The notes under the pieces: generated by a model
What the model saw: only the letters and a program-made list of their open reading frames with translations
Told to the model about the DNA's origin: nothing
Databases searched by the model: none
Shown here: piece by piece, positions 27,888 through 37,777 of the stretch
Numbering within the stretch: the stretch's first letter is position 1
How the letters are laid out: each line of letters begins with the position of its first letter
IMG/VR virus record: IMGVR_UViG_3300042559_000447
Span: 7,662-71,661 of that record
From: a virus
Strand: one strand, 5' to 3'
DNA: 64,000 nt
Position numbers and translations under genes: made by a program

Positions 27888-29759
27888 ATGAATAAAGAAC
27901 ACGAAATATTATCAGAGGTTGTTACTTGGATGAAATACTCCAAGTACATACCTGAATTGAATAGAAGAGAGACCTGGGAAGAACTGATAACCAGGAACAT
28001 GAACATGCACATCGCAAAGTTCCCAGATTTGGAACTTATGATTAGAGCAAACTACAAGTATGTATTTGAGAAGAAAGTATTGCCTTCAATGCGTTCTTTA
28101 CAGTTCGCTGGTAAGCCAATCGAAGTAAACAATGTTCGTTTGTTCAACTGTAGTTATTTGGCTATTGACGATTACAGAGCCTTCAGTGAAACAATGTTTT
28201 TGTTGTTGAGCGGAACTGGTGTAGGATATTCTGTTCAGAAACATCACATTGCCAAACTTCCACCAATCAAGCATGCTGAGAAACACAGAAGATATTTGAT
28301 CGGAGATAGCATTGAGGGATGGGCTGATGCAATTAAAGTAATGGTAAAGAGCCACTTTGGATTAAGTTCTTGGAAGCCCAACTTTGACTTCAGAGCTATT
28401 CGTCCAAAGGGAGAAAGACTAATCACATCAGGTGGAGTTGCTCCCGGTCCCGAACCATTGCGTATCTGCTTGGCTCATATCGAATCAATTTTTGAACGCA
28501 AAAAAGATGGAGAAAAATTAACTCCTCTTGAGTGTCACGATATTCTTTGTCACATTGCCAATGCTGTTTTGGCTGGGGGCATCAGAAGATCAGCAATGAT
28601 ATCGTTGTTTGATAAGGACGATGAAGAGATGTTGACTTGTAAGTTTGGTAAGTGGTACGAGACCAACCCACAACGTGGACGCGCTAACAACTCTGCTGTA
28701 TTACTTCGTGGGAACATCTGTCCTACAAGCGAAACAATTAGCAAAGAGCAGTTCTTAGATCTTTGGAAGAAAGTAGAACTATCCAACAGCGGAGAGCCAG
28801 GGTTTTACTTTACAGACAATAAAGAACTTGGAACCAACCCTTGCTGTGAGATTAGCTTGAACTCTTTTCAGTTCTGTAACTTAGTGGAAATCAATGCGTC
28901 AGACATCAAAGACCAAGATGATTTAAACGAAAGAGTAGAGGCTGCTGCCTTCATCGGTACTCTACAGGCTTCTTATACAGATTTTCATTATCTGAGACCC
29001 CAGTGGAAAAAGGTAACCGAGAAAGAAGCACTGCTTGGAGTTGGTATGACAGGTATCGCTAGCGGAAAGGTTTTAAAGTTAGACCTAGAAGAGGCTGCTG
29101 AAAGATCAATCAACATGAACCGCTTTGTAGCCAAGATGCTTAAGATTAAACCGGCAGCTCGTGTAACTTGCATTAAGCCTTCTGGAACATCTTCTTTAGT
29201 GTTGGGTACATCTAGTGGAGTGCATGCATGGCATGACCAGTACTACATTCGTCGTATCAGAATCGGAAAGAACGAAGCAATCTACACCTATCTTTCTATC
29301 TATCACCCAGATATGATCGAGGAGGATGCTTTGAATAGTTCACAAGTAGTATTCTCTGTTCCTGTTGCTGCGCCACAAGGTGCGATAACTAGGTCTTCAG
29401 AAACCGCTATCGACTTCTTAGAGAGAGTTAAGTTCCTTCACGGGGCTTGGATTAAACCGGGTCACAATTTTGGGGACAATACCCACAATGTGTCGGCAAC
29501 TGTCACAGTTAAGTCACACGAATGGGAAGAAGTTGGAGAATGGCTATGGGCTAACCAAGACCACTACAACGGATTGTCTTTCCTTCCAGAAGATCTAGGT
29601 TCATATCCTCAGACTCCTTTTGAAACAATTACAAAAGAGCAGTATGAAGAACTTGTAACAAATGTTCACAGTTTGGATGTAACTAAAATCATCGAGACGA
29701 GCGACAACACAAATCTCAATGACCAAGTTGCCTGCGGCGGAGCAGGATGCGAAATTTAA
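27888..29759 (+). CDS. nrdJ: Class II (adenosylcobalamin) ribonucleotide reductase
   Basis: RRETW, FNC, RRSA, GTNPCCEI, CNL.E, KPSGT, C-terminal CGGAGCEI. Confidence 0.92.
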   Translation: MNKEHEILSEVVTWMKYSKYIPELNRRETWEELITRNMNMHIAKFPDLELMIRANYKYVFEKKVLPSMRSLQFAGKPIEVNNVRLFNCSYLAIDDYRAFSETMFLLLSGTGVGYSVQKHHIAKLPPIKHAEKHRRYLIGDSIEGWADAIKVMVKSHFGLSSWKPNFDFRAIRPKGERLITSGGVAPGPEPLRICLAHIESIFERKKDGEKLTPLECHDILCHIANAVLAGGIRRSAMISLFDKDDEEMLTCKFGKWYETNPQRGRANNSAVLLRGNICPTSETISKEQFLDLWKKVELSNSGEPGFYFTDNKELGTNPCCEISLNSFQFCNLVEINASDIKDQDDLNERVEAAAFIGTLQASYTDFHYLRPQWKKVTEKEALLGVGMTGIASGKVLKLDLEEAAERSINMNRFVAKMLKIKPAARVTCIKPSGTSSLVLGTSSGVHAWHDQYYIRRIRIGKNEAIYTYLSIYHPDMIEEDALNSSQVVFSVPVAAPQGAITRSSETAIDFLERVKFLHGAWIKPGHNFGDNTHNVSATVTVKSHEWEEVGEWLWANQDHYNGLSFLPEDLGSYPQTPFETITKEQYEELVTNVHSLDVTKIIETSDNTNLNDQVACGGAGCEI

Positions 29760-29763
29760 ATTT

Positions 29764-29791
29764 AAAGAGGGGTCAAATATGGCCCCTTTTT
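29764..29791 (+). terminator. Intrinsic terminator
   Basis: AAAGAGGGGTC-loop-GGCCCCTTTTT. Confidence 0.7.
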
Positions 29792-29807
29792 ATTATCTTT
29801 GTAGCAT

Positions 29808-30269
29808 ATGTCAAGAAATAAATATAAGTCCTATACCTACCTTTTTATTGTAGGATATTTGGCCGCAATTCTAATTGCTGTTTTCTCTAGTTGTCAGATG
29901 ACTTATCCTAGAGCAAAAAAAAAGTTCGACAAACTCGTCATCCTCTACCCGGAGCTTATCACAAAAGATACCTTTATAATCAGAGATACGATTATATCCC
30001 TGAAGAAAGTGGTTGTCCCTAAATACAGAGATTCTTTTATAATTAAAAAAGATACGATCATTGAAACAAAGAAATTTATCATAGAAAAAAGAGGAGATGA
30101 ATTTGATGTAACTGTAAAGCCAGATACAATAGAATTAAAAGATACACTTTATTTAAGCCTTCCTGTTCCAGGGATAGTTATAAAAGAACGCAACTGGACA
30201 GAGTTAATTTACGCCTTTGTTGCAGGCATTCTTTTACTACTCCTACTCTACTTCATCAGGGGGAAGTAG
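29808..30269 (+). CDS. Lipoprotein with C-terminal TM, putative unimolecular spanin
   Basis: Signal peptide ending FSSC, beta-rich DT repeats, C-terminal TM; own TATCTTTG box at 29794-29801. Confidence 0.55.
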   Translation: MSRNKYKSYTYLFIVGYLAAILIAVFSSCQMTYPRAKKKFDKLVILYPELITKDTFIIRDTIISLKKVVVPKYRDSFIIKKDTIIETKKFIIEKRGDEFDVTVKPDTIELKDTLYLSLPVPGIVIKERNWTELIYAFVAGILLLLLLYFIRGK

Positions 30270-30327
30270 TGCTTGCTTTTATCGGTAAAAGGCTTTATAT
30301 TTGTAAAGTCAACATTCAATTTTACAA

Positions 30328-31335
30328 ATGAATTCTTTGAAAAACGATATAGTTAAGAACTATATCAACCAGTTCCCAGAGATTCCAAACAAGTTATTAG
30401 CCGAGCTAATCTTCACAAAGGAAGAGGGATTATTTTCCACGAAAGAAGCAGCTAGATCTGCAATTCGTTATTTAAAAGGTGCAGCAGGGGAGTTCAATAG
30501 AGTTTCTGCAAAAAACGCTGGACACTTTGAAGAACCCACAATCTCAACCATCAAGGAAGGGTTACACAAACTAGGAATTATTTCTAGAGCGGAGGCCCCA
30601 GAACATCTTGAACTTGGCGAAGGAAAATATCTGATCCTTTCAGACGTACACATTCCTTTTCAAGACGACGATGCCTTAGCTTGTGCTTTAGAGTGGGGTC
30701 TCAAAAATAACGTAACAAAAATTATCTTAAATGGAGACATCATGGATACCTACGGGGCATCTAGATATCCAAAAGAAATCAAGAGACCAACAATCTCAGA
30801 AGAACTGGAAATGACCAGAAACTTCTTCACCTATTTAAGAGGAATCTTTATTGATCAGCCGATCTATTACAAGATGGGCAATCACGAAGAAAGGATGAGG
30901 GCTTTTGTGTTGAGAAACGCAAGAGAACTTGCCGACCTAGAAGACATCTCATTGGAGGCTCTTTTGAAAATAGAAGAGTTTGGTATTCAATCTGTTGGAA
31001 GAGAGATGATTAAGATAGGTAAGCTGATTGTAATTCACGGACACGAACTAGGAGAATCAGTTTTCAGCCCAGTAAACCCTGCAAGGGGAATGTTCTTGAA
31101 AGCAAAGGCTTCTGTTCTGTTTGGTCACAATCATCAAGTGTCTCACCACAGTGAGAATAATTTACACGCAGAGCAAGTAGGTGTATGGTCTACCGGCTGT
31201 CTGTGTGAATTGACTCCAGAGTACAGACCTTACGGATATACAAAGTGGAGCCACGGATTTGCTTGCGTTGATGTAAACGCAGACGGAACCTTCCACGTTA
31301 ACAACATGAAGATTCTTAATGGAAAAATTATATGA
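30328..31335 (+). CDS. Calcineurin-like metallophosphoesterase
   Basis: SDVH, NGD..D, GNHE, HGHE, GHNH; promoter box 30296-30303. Confidence 0.88.
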   Translation: MNSLKNDIVKNYINQFPEIPNKLLAELIFTKEEGLFSTKEAARSAIRYLKGAAGEFNRVSAKNAGHFEEPTISTIKEGLHKLGIISRAEAPEHLELGEGKYLILSDVHIPFQDDDALACALEWGLKNNVTKIILNGDIMDTYGASRYPKEIKRPTISEELEMTRNFFTYLRGIFIDQPIYYKMGNHEERMRAFVLRNARELADLEDISLEALLKIEEFGIQSVGREMIKIGKLIVIHGHELGESVFSPVNPARGMFLKAKASVLFGHNHQVSHHSENNLHAEQVGVWSTGCLCELTPEYRPYGYTKWSHGFACVDVNADGTFHVNNMKILNGKII

Positions 31336-31622
31336 CAAAAGACAACATTAATCCATCACACTACAAGAAGGGAAAGATAGAAGCTATCGACGCAATTGAA
31401 GCAGCAGTAGTTGGTAAGTCTGGCCCAGAGGCAATAAACGTGGCAAATGTAATCAAATACTTGTGGCGTTACGAAGACAAGAACGGTCTTGAGGATGTAA
31501 ATAAAGCCAAATGGTATCTGGAAAGATTGATCACAGTACTAGAACAAATGCCCAAAGAAAGCAACACAAGATTTGTTAAAATTGAACCATCTTCAACCGA
31601 ACACATATGGAGCAAATTATAA
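31332..31622 (+). CDS. DUF3310 (SaV-like) protein
   Basis: INPSHY..G.IEAID...NVIKYLWRY..KNGLED..KA.WYL. Confidence 0.88.
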   Translation: MTKDNINPSHYKKGKIEAIDAIEAAVVGKSGPEAINVANVIKYLWRYEDKNGLEDVNKAKWYLERLITVLEQMPKESNTRFVKIEPSSTEHIWSKL

Positions 31623-31780
31623 GAAACGAACTGACTAAGCTAGAGAAACTGTTCTGCTGGTTTGAATTTTACAGCCAGAACAACAACGAGATAGAAGCAA
31701 ACAAATGCCAAAAGCAAATCGAAGAGCAGAAGCGCAATTTGAAAGTCTTAAAGTCTTCTCGTCATGCAAAGTTTAAGTAA
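31607..31780 (+). CDS. Small hypothetical protein (57 aa, below cutoff)
   Basis: MEQIIRNELTKLEKLFCWFEFY... fills gap. Confidence 0.5.
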   Translation: MEQIIRNELTKLEKLFCWFEFYSQNNNEIEANKCQKQIEEQKRNLKVLKSSRHAKFK

Positions 31781-32087
31781 ATACATGAAAGAAAATAACC
31801 TGTCTGAGCAAGATGTCTTGGACAGGTTAAAGATACAGGAGTTAGATCCAGCAAAGGATCTTTATACCACATTGGTCGAGGCATCAAAAGACTTAACGAA
31901 ATCCGTTAAGAATAAGACCCTTGACCTTATAGATGATACATATTTTAAGAGTTTGTTTCAACTTCTTCAAGCCGGAGATAAGATTAATAAATCTTTGAAG
32001 CTGGCAAAACTTGAGGCGTATGCTTCACAGGAGGAAGAAGATGATGATGACTCTTCGTTTTTAGATAGAACCGCAAGCAAAAGATAA
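31764..32087 (+). CDS. Putative terminase small subunit
   Basis: Helical ORF coupled directly upstream of TerL; position only. Confidence 0.4.
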   Translation: MQSLSKYMKENNLSEQDVLDRLKIQELDPAKDLYTTLVEASKDLTKSVKNKTLDLIDDTYFKSLFQLLQAGDKINKSLKLAKLEAYASQEEEDDDDSSFLDRTASKR

Positions 32088-33949
32088 TGGAAATACTACC
32101 AAGTTTACTAGACAGACATCCGAAGTTTGACTTCGACGTATGGAATAAAAAGTTCGGATTAGACCCCAACGCAACCCGTAGAGAGAAAGACGTATGGTGG
32201 GGAAATGAAAGAGAGCATTGGATGAAAGGTAGATTTGGTTTGACTGGTCCGCATTACTTTGCGCTGACACAAGCCACGATTAAGGATGCAACTGGTTACA
32301 GGATGAAACCCGTTTGGAGGGATCTTGATGATCTTATCTATGGGGCTTATGATAAAGCCAGATCAACATCGTGGGACTTGATGGTAACAAAGCGTCGTGA
32401 GGCAGGACTTTCATTAACTTTTGGGGGCATCATTCCTACATGGGTAGCATTGACTCACCCGGGTTCTACGTCTCTATTGACATCTGCTGACAAGACTCGT
32501 CTAGAGGAAATGTACAAAGACAAGCTTCGTGTAGTGTATGACGGACTAGATGATTACATCCGACCGGGAGTTATCTCTACTCGTCAGGCTGGTTATTTAC
32601 ACATGGGTAAACTAGATAACAAGACAGGGGGAATCTCTGGACTTGACTCTAAGATAGTAACTCGTGAAACTGTAGATAGTCCAACTGCACTTGAGGCGTA
32701 TCGTGCAATGCACATTTTCTTGGACGAGTTCTTCCTTCACCCTAAAGCAGATAAGGTTTATAGATCTGCACAGGCATCTGCCAAAAAGGGATTCTTAAAA
32801 GTGGCTCCTATTGTTATGGGAGGAAGTGCCGGGGAATCATCGGTAGAAGGTCAAAAGAAAGGAGCTGAACTTTGGAAGAACGCTGAGATAATCAAGATGC
32901 TCACAGTATTCCTTCCGGGGTGGATGGGAATCATGGCTGCTCCAGAACTTGATGACACAGGAAAAGAAACAGGTAACATTGTTAACTTCTGTCCTAATGG
33001 TCACTCAGATCAAAAAGCAGCTACCGAATGGATTGAAAAAACCAGAGATAATTTAAATAAACTTGAAGACAAGTCTCACTTAGAGAACTTTATTAAGCAG
33101 TACCCCATAGATATTCAAGAAGTATTTAACGCCAATGCTAAAGGAGCACTTCCACAGGACGTTATTCACCGCTTGAATGAGCAAGAAAGGATACTGCTCG
33201 GAAACCCCCCACCAGTCGAAAGAGCAAACATTATATTAACAAATGATGCGTCTGAGAATCGAATATTTAATATTCACCCGAGTAAGAGTGGGAAGTTTGT
33301 AATTCTTGAAAGGCCCAAAAATGACCATTTTTACATAGCTGGGATGGACCCGATTCCATTTACGAGTGCGAAGCTAAATGATGGGTCTGACAACTGTATT
33401 ACCATAAAAGATGTCGATACAAATCGTTATGTGGCTTTCTATAAAGAACGAGCCATCGATCCAGATGTCATAATGGAAAACAACATCCGACTTCAGGATG
33501 CTTATCTTGGGGCTAAGGTTATGGTCGAGGCAAACAGAGGAGGAGTTATCATCGATCAGTACAAGCAAAGAGGAAGAACTGACTTACTTGCCAGAAGACC
33601 TACGTTATTGGGTAAGACATTTGCAGCGACAATGAACGATGCTCTTGCTTGGGGTTGGCATAAGAACGATCACACAGCGGAGAGGGCAAACTCATACATC
33701 ATCGATTACCTCAGAAAGAACTGGGACCAAGTATACTTCCAAGAAATAATCGACGAGGCCAAAAACTATTTGGTTGATAATACGGACTTATTAGATGCCG
33801 TGATCTCTTGTGAAATCTATCATAAGAACTTGGTAGAGAAGAATAAGAAAACCGTCCCAGTTGAGACGGTTAAAAAGATGATTCCGGTTATTGAGTATAT
33901 TAATGGTAGAGCCGTGAAGGTCTGGAAAGAGGTAAGGATTACTTCTTAG
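32087..33949 (+). CDS. terL: Terminase large subunit
   Basis: KRREAGLS Walker-A-like, IFLDE Walker B, YIAGMDP nuclease Asp, EANRG, DLLDA. Confidence 0.85.
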   Translation: MEILPSLLDRHPKFDFDVWNKKFGLDPNATRREKDVWWGNEREHWMKGRFGLTGPHYFALTQATIKDATGYRMKPVWRDLDDLIYGAYDKARSTSWDLMVTKRREAGLSLTFGGIIPTWVALTHPGSTSLLTSADKTRLEEMYKDKLRVVYDGLDDYIRPGVISTRQAGYLHMGKLDNKTGGISGLDSKIVTRETVDSPTALEAYRAMHIFLDEFFLHPKADKVYRSAQASAKKGFLKVAPIVMGGSAGESSVEGQKKGAELWKNAEIIKMLTVFLPGWMGIMAAPELDDTGKETGNIVNFCPNGHSDQKAATEWIEKTRDNLNKLEDKSHLENFIKQYPIDIQEVFNANAKGALPQDVIHRLNEQERILLGNPPPVERANIILTNDASENRIFNIHPSKSGKFVILERPKNDHFYIAGMDPIPFTSAKLNDGSDNCITIKDVDTNRYVAFYKERAIDPDVIMENNIRLQDAYLGAKVMVEANRGGVIIDQYKQRGRTDLLARRPTLLGKTFAATMNDALAWGWHKNDHTAERANSYIIDYLRKNWDQVYFQEIIDEAKNYLVDNTDLLDAVISCEIYHKNLVEKNKKTVPVETVKKMIPVIEYINGRAVKVWKEVRITS

Positions 33950-34214
33950 TAGATTTCCCATTAGAACCGTTACGAGCACGATTCTTGCTTCTAGATTCGG
34001 TTACAAGTTTACCACTTTTTGTATGGCTAAGATCTACGCCACTAGCATGACGCTTTCCATATATTCCACGCTTGCGAGCCTCACGATTTAGTTCAACTCT
34101 TTTCTTAACCTCAGAAGGTTTCTTGTTGTATTCCTTCTGATAGGACAAATCTCTACCAGTAGCTTTATTGCTTCCTGGTCTAGTATTCTTTCCAACAATC
34201 TTATTTCGTGGCAC
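33939..34214 (-). CDS. Small basic protein, degenerate HNH-like
   Basis: DLSH...SRSKNRARNG; converges on TerL. Confidence 0.6.
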   Translation of the reverse strand: MPRNKIVGKNTRPGSNKATGRDLSYQKEYNKKPSEVKKRVELNREARKRGIYGKRHASGVDLSHTKSGKLVTESRSKNRARNGSNGKSTKK

Positions 34215-34545
34215 TTATTATCTCCTTTTGATTAGTTGCTAACTTAAAAGTTATATCGGCTTCCCATCTCTTTACTTCTTTACCGTCCTTATAAAGAATC
34301 AAAGTAGGTAAGGAGTGAATGTTTGCCAATTTCTTAAACTCTGGTCTCTTGTCTAAATCTACATAGTGATAACGCACAAAGGCACTATTCTGCCAAGCGT
34401 AATCATTTTTCTTATTGAATGATGCGTTATATTGTACTACCCATAGACCTTGTCTGAAGTTAGGCTCAGGTTGTTTCTGAGACCCCCCTACAAACACTAG
34501 TGCAGCAAGTGTTGCACTAATTGCAAAAGCAAGTATTGTTTTCAT
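34201..34545 (-). CDS. Exported thioredoxin-fold protein lacking CxxC
   Basis: Signal peptide; VVQYNASFN, VDLD, SLPTLILYKDGKEV. Confidence 0.65.
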   Translation of the reverse strand: MKTILAFAISATLAALVFVGGSQKQPEPNFRQGLWVVQYNASFNKKNDYAWQNSAFVRYHYVDLDKRPEFKKLANIHSLPTLILYKDGKEVKRWEADITFKLATNQKEIISATK

Positions 34546-34817
34546 TTGAGTAGTTTTTCCTCTATGCGATCTAGTCTCTTATTGATTTCCTCAATATTCT
34601 TTTGAGTATTCATAACAGACTCACGAATCAATTGGTCTTTCAACTCCCACTCTGTTTTCGTGACAGGAGGTTGTGGTAAACGCTTTGCTTCATCGATGTC
34701 TTGACTCAACTTGTAGTAGACACCCATAGTTGAGATGACCCCGGAGATAATTACGATGAGTAATTCCAAAGTAATGTTAAAGCGAGTGCCTTTGTCAAGT
34801 TTTATTTCGTTTTCCAT
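34542..34817 (-). CDS. TM plus coiled-coil protein (holin-like)
   Basis: One TM then heptads. Confidence 0.55.
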   Translation of the reverse strand: MENEIKLDKGTRFNITLELLIVIISGVISTMGVYYKLSQDIDEAKRLPQPPVTKTEWELKDQLIRESVMNTQKNIEEINKRLDRIEEKLLK

Positions 34818-34822
34818 AGTTA

Positions 34823-35077
34823 TTATTGAGAAATGTAATCAGGTCCGCTAAAAACAACATCAAACTCTTCTGGTTCTCCCAGGATTTCCAACATTGATTT
34901 GTCGTACCGTATAAAGTAGAAAATTGGATTGTTTAGATTTGCGATTTCATATTCGCACCAATTCTTTGTTACTGAATCTTCAGAAACTGGTATGCCATAA
35001 AATACATCTAGTTGCTCTATAGCAGCCGATGCACTTTCAGAATCATTATACTTATAACCAGTTATTTTCTGTATCAT
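34823..35077 (-). CDS. Small acidic fibre-associated protein
   Basis: Follows lectin-like gene, same position as 36301-36528. Confidence 0.55.
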   Translation of the reverse strand: MIQKITGYKYNDSESASAAIEQLDVFYGIPVSEDSVTKNWCEYEIANLNNPIFYFIRYDKSMLEILGEPEEFDVVFSGPDYISQ

Positions 35078-35907
35078 ATTCTATAGTAAGTTTTTTGATT
35101 TATCATTATGTCAGAATGTTCTGCTCCCACTTTCTTATCTGAATACCCAATTATCTCTGGCATCCACCCTGTAAGCGGAGACCCTGCCCAAAACGACATA
35201 ACCCCTACAATGTTAAATGATGCATTGGCGTTTATTGAGTATCCGAATACACCATCCTTCCACCCTTCTACAGTAGTTCCATTTGATAAGGCAGATAGTC
35301 CTGCTAGGTAGTTTTCACCCTTATCTATTATTAGTTGATATGAGCCACCAAACCAAAAATAACCACCAAAATTATGAAATATAAAACCATTACCTCCATT
35401 ATCACTTACAATACCTCCAAATCCAGACGCAAATGCCTCAAACTGAATATTCAACACAGGATAAAAAGACCAAGTATTTCTAACTTGTGGGGTCACAAAT
35501 GTTAAAAATGAATTACCAAAAAAATATGGAGAATTTACAAAATTCCCTTTTTTGTTTTGTATACCAATTACCCCACTTGAATAAATCAAGGGTTGTTGTA
35601 ATACATTTGTTTGTTGGAGATCATTTCCTACAGTACTCTGATCATAAAACCTTACTAAATATCCTTCACCGGCCCCACAAAAACTGACAAGGTCGGCAAT
35701 GTCTAAATACCCATCAGAAAATCCAATATTTTTTTCAGTATTGTCTGTTGATCTTCTTATCCTTATGCAACTACCAGTATATGCAGTTCTCAGTTTTCTA
35801 TATGAGAATCCAAATAACTGGTTGGAAGAAACAACATCAAAAACAGGAGAAACCTCTAGAGAGTTTCTGTAGCGATTTAAACCAAGACCTACACCAACTC
35901 CAATCAT
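35074..35907 (-). CDS. Concanavalin/LamG-like virion protein (putative receptor binding)
   Basis: SYRKLRTAYTGSCIRIRRSTDNTE.IGF...YDQS motif. Confidence 0.65.
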   Translation of the reverse strand: MIGVGVGLGLNRYRNSLEVSPVFDVVSSNQLFGFSYRKLRTAYTGSCIRIRRSTDNTEKNIGFSDGYLDIADLVSFCGAGEGYLVRFYDQSTVGNDLQQTNVLQQPLIYSSGVIGIQNKKGNFVNSPYFFGNSFLTFVTPQVRNTWSFYPVLNIQFEAFASGFGGIVSDNGGNGFIFHNFGGYFWFGGSYQLIIDKGENYLAGLSALSNGTTVEGWKDGVFGYSINANASFNIVGVMSFWAGSPLTGWMPEIIGYSDKKVGAEHSDIMINQKTYYRI

Positions 35908-35955
35908 CTTAACGAATTATTATATTACATGAACCAATTCTGAAACCCATGTTCA

Positions 35956-36231
35956 TTAGATTCCGTAAGCAATTAAAGACCCACTTAATAAGGTGATTGA
36001 TGTTAAATAGCTTCCTTTTGGCATTACCCAATATGCTCCTTGGTAAAGGGTCTGAGACCCAAACTGAGATACGATATTGTTTCCATTTCTATCGATTGCT
36101 GCTGCAATAACTGCATCACTATTGACAATGAAACTCTGGAAAGATCCTGTAATTGCAGATGTGCCATATACCATTGTAGAACCTGTTAGTCCAGCTGAGT
36201 AATCTAGAGTTCTTGAAAATACTTCTTGCAT
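35956..36231 (-). CDS. Small structural protein, paralog of N-terminus of 36525-37586
   Basis: Start moved to ATG 36231 just after TATCTTTG; ends TSITLLSGSLIAYG. Confidence 0.7.
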   Translation of the reverse strand: MQEVFSRTLDYSAGLTGSTMVYGTSAITGSFQSFIVNSDAVIAAAIDRNGNNIVSQFGSQTLYQGAYWVMPKGSYLTSITLLSGSLIAYGI

Positions 36232-36233
36232 AA

Positions 36234-36286
36234 TAACAAAGATAATAAATTTATACAAAAAAGAAAAGCGAGATTATCCTCGCTTC
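36234..36286 (-). repeat. Terminator-plus-promoter cassette, copy 1
   Basis: 53 nt, 2 mismatches to 37588-37640; AGCGAG-loop-CTCGCT-U tract then TATCTTTG. Confidence 0.85.
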
Positions 36287-36300
36287 CTTATGTGGTTTTA

Positions 36301-36528
36301 TTATTCGTTGCTGGGGAAAGGTGGTGATGGTTTAGGGATGTACTCGCCTTCGGACAAGTTTAGAATCCAAGACCACTCGGTTGACGCTATTTGCTCTTTA
36401 TCTTGGTCAGATAAAAACAAAAACCAAATATCATTGATGTCCTGTACACAATTAAAGAGCTCATAAGGCGCATAAAATTGACCTTGTACTTGAGTGTATT
36501 GTTCAGTAGTTAAAATATATCCTATCAT
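36301..36528 (-). CDS. Small acidic fibre-associated protein
   Basis: FNCVQDIND.WF...YIPKPSPP. Confidence 0.6.
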   Translation of the reverse strand: MIGYILTTEQYTQVQGQFYAPYELFNCVQDINDIWFLFLSDQDKEQIASTEWSWILNLSEGEYIPKPSPPFPSNE

Positions 36529-37586
36529 ACCACTTGTCTTGTTAAGGTTGTTTGGAATGCCTGTACCGCATCGTAGAACTTTTCAGCCTCTAGATCACTT
36601 AGTCCTTCCCCTATTGAAGCAAAGCTAATTTGGTAGGCTGCACTATTTCCGTGAGATATTGAGTCAAAAAAAGCCCCGATTGGTATATTTGTGTTAGGAA
36701 GATACGCCTGAGTTTGTGTTGATGTGTTTGAACCAAATAAATTCCTGTTCTTAAACACCTTAGCCATTGAAGCGGATGTTCTAGTTGCTATATAAAATCC
36801 TTTTGTTACAGTGTTTGTAACCGAAATTCTGTTGTTAAAGTCAGAAAGGTCTACCAATAAATTTCCATTTGTAAACCTTGGATATAGCTGAATAATTGGC
36901 AAATATGTAGTATTGTTATCAGAGTTACCCATTAATACGCCACTAGAAGCAGGAGCATCTGTTCTTGTGTATATTGAAATATGAAAATCATTAACCGCCA
37001 AATTGTTTCTAGTATTTAAACCGGTGAGCATATATGTACTCGCTCCGTTACCCTCTACTCCTTGCTCACTTATTGCCCAACCACTGCTAAAAGTTCCGGT
37101 AAAGTCAGAACTCATTAAATTCTGCGCACATGATGCTGCACTTGCCCCTACCATAGGATATACGGCTTTCATTTTACTCCAAATACCATCAGCTTTCATT
37201 TGAATCACAATGGTATCAATAGCCGCTTGTTGAGTTGTCGATAACGTACCTCCAGCCGTTGCAACTCTATTAAAAAATGCTTGTGCGTCAGCATCGAACG
37301 GAGAAGTTGTCCGAACTCCATAAGCAATCAATGAGCCACTTGAAAGAGTTATCGATGTGAAATATTTGCCCTTGGGTAATCCCCAGTATAACCCTCGCTT
37401 TAAGGTCTGACCACCAAACTGAGACACGACATTATTTCCATTTTCATCCAATGCGGCTGAAATTATTGCATTGTTGTTAACACTAAAACCTTGAAATACT
37501 CCGGTAACAGGAGAAGTTCCGCTTATTACAACAGAACCTACTAACCCTACTGAATAATCTAAACTATTAGAAAAGATTTCTCTCAC
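36525..37586 (-). CDS. Virion protein: small structural domain fused to lectin-like domain
   Basis: GTG start; FDADAQAF...KADGIW.K..AVYP.VG; FQTTL.R end. Confidence 0.7.
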   Translation of the reverse strand: MREIFSNSLDYSVGLVGSVVISGTSPVTGVFQGFSVNNNAIISAALDENGNNVVSQFGGQTLKRGLYWGLPKGKYFTSITLSSGSLIAYGVRTTSPFDADAQAFFNRVATAGGTLSTTQQAAIDTIVIQMKADGIWSKMKAVYPMVGASAASCAQNLMSSDFTGTFSSGWAISEQGVEGNGASTYMLTGLNTRNNLAVNDFHISIYTRTDAPASSGVLMGNSDNNTTYLPIIQLYPRFTNGNLLVDLSDFNNRISVTNTVTKGFYIATRTSASMAKVFKNRNLFGSNTSTQTQAYLPNTNIPIGAFFDSISHGNSAAYQISFASIGEGLSDLEAEKFYDAVQAFQTTLTRQVV

Positions 37587-37587
37587 T

Positions 37588-37640
37588 TAACAAAGATAAT
37601 AAATTTATGTAAAAAAGAAAAGCGAGATTATCCTCGCTTC
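37588..37640 (-). repeat. Terminator-plus-promoter cassette, copy 2
   Basis: Near-identical to 36234-36286. Confidence 0.85.
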
Positions 37641-37777
37641 TTTGCTGTCTTTGCAGACTGCTTAAATGCTTTGCTTGTGGGAGCACCTTTTGAACCAGGC
37701 TTTCTCATCTTCTCCCCACTACCTTCTGCTATTCTTTTGCGTTTGGCGTGGATGTTTGCGTATAGTCCTGCTTTCAT
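37628..37777 (-). CDS. Small basic protein (49 aa, below cutoff)
   Basis: MKAGLYANIHAKRKRIAEGSGEKMRKPGSKGAPTSKAFKQSAKTAKKRG. Confidence 0.75.
   Translation of the reverse strand: MKAGLYANIHAKRKRIAEGSGEKMRKPGSKGAPTSKAFKQSAKTAKKRG

Noticed and set aside
23614-33949. Introns or inteins in helicase, PolB, RNR or TerL
   Set aside because: ORFs are continuous and of ordinary length with no homing-endonuclease or intein motifs
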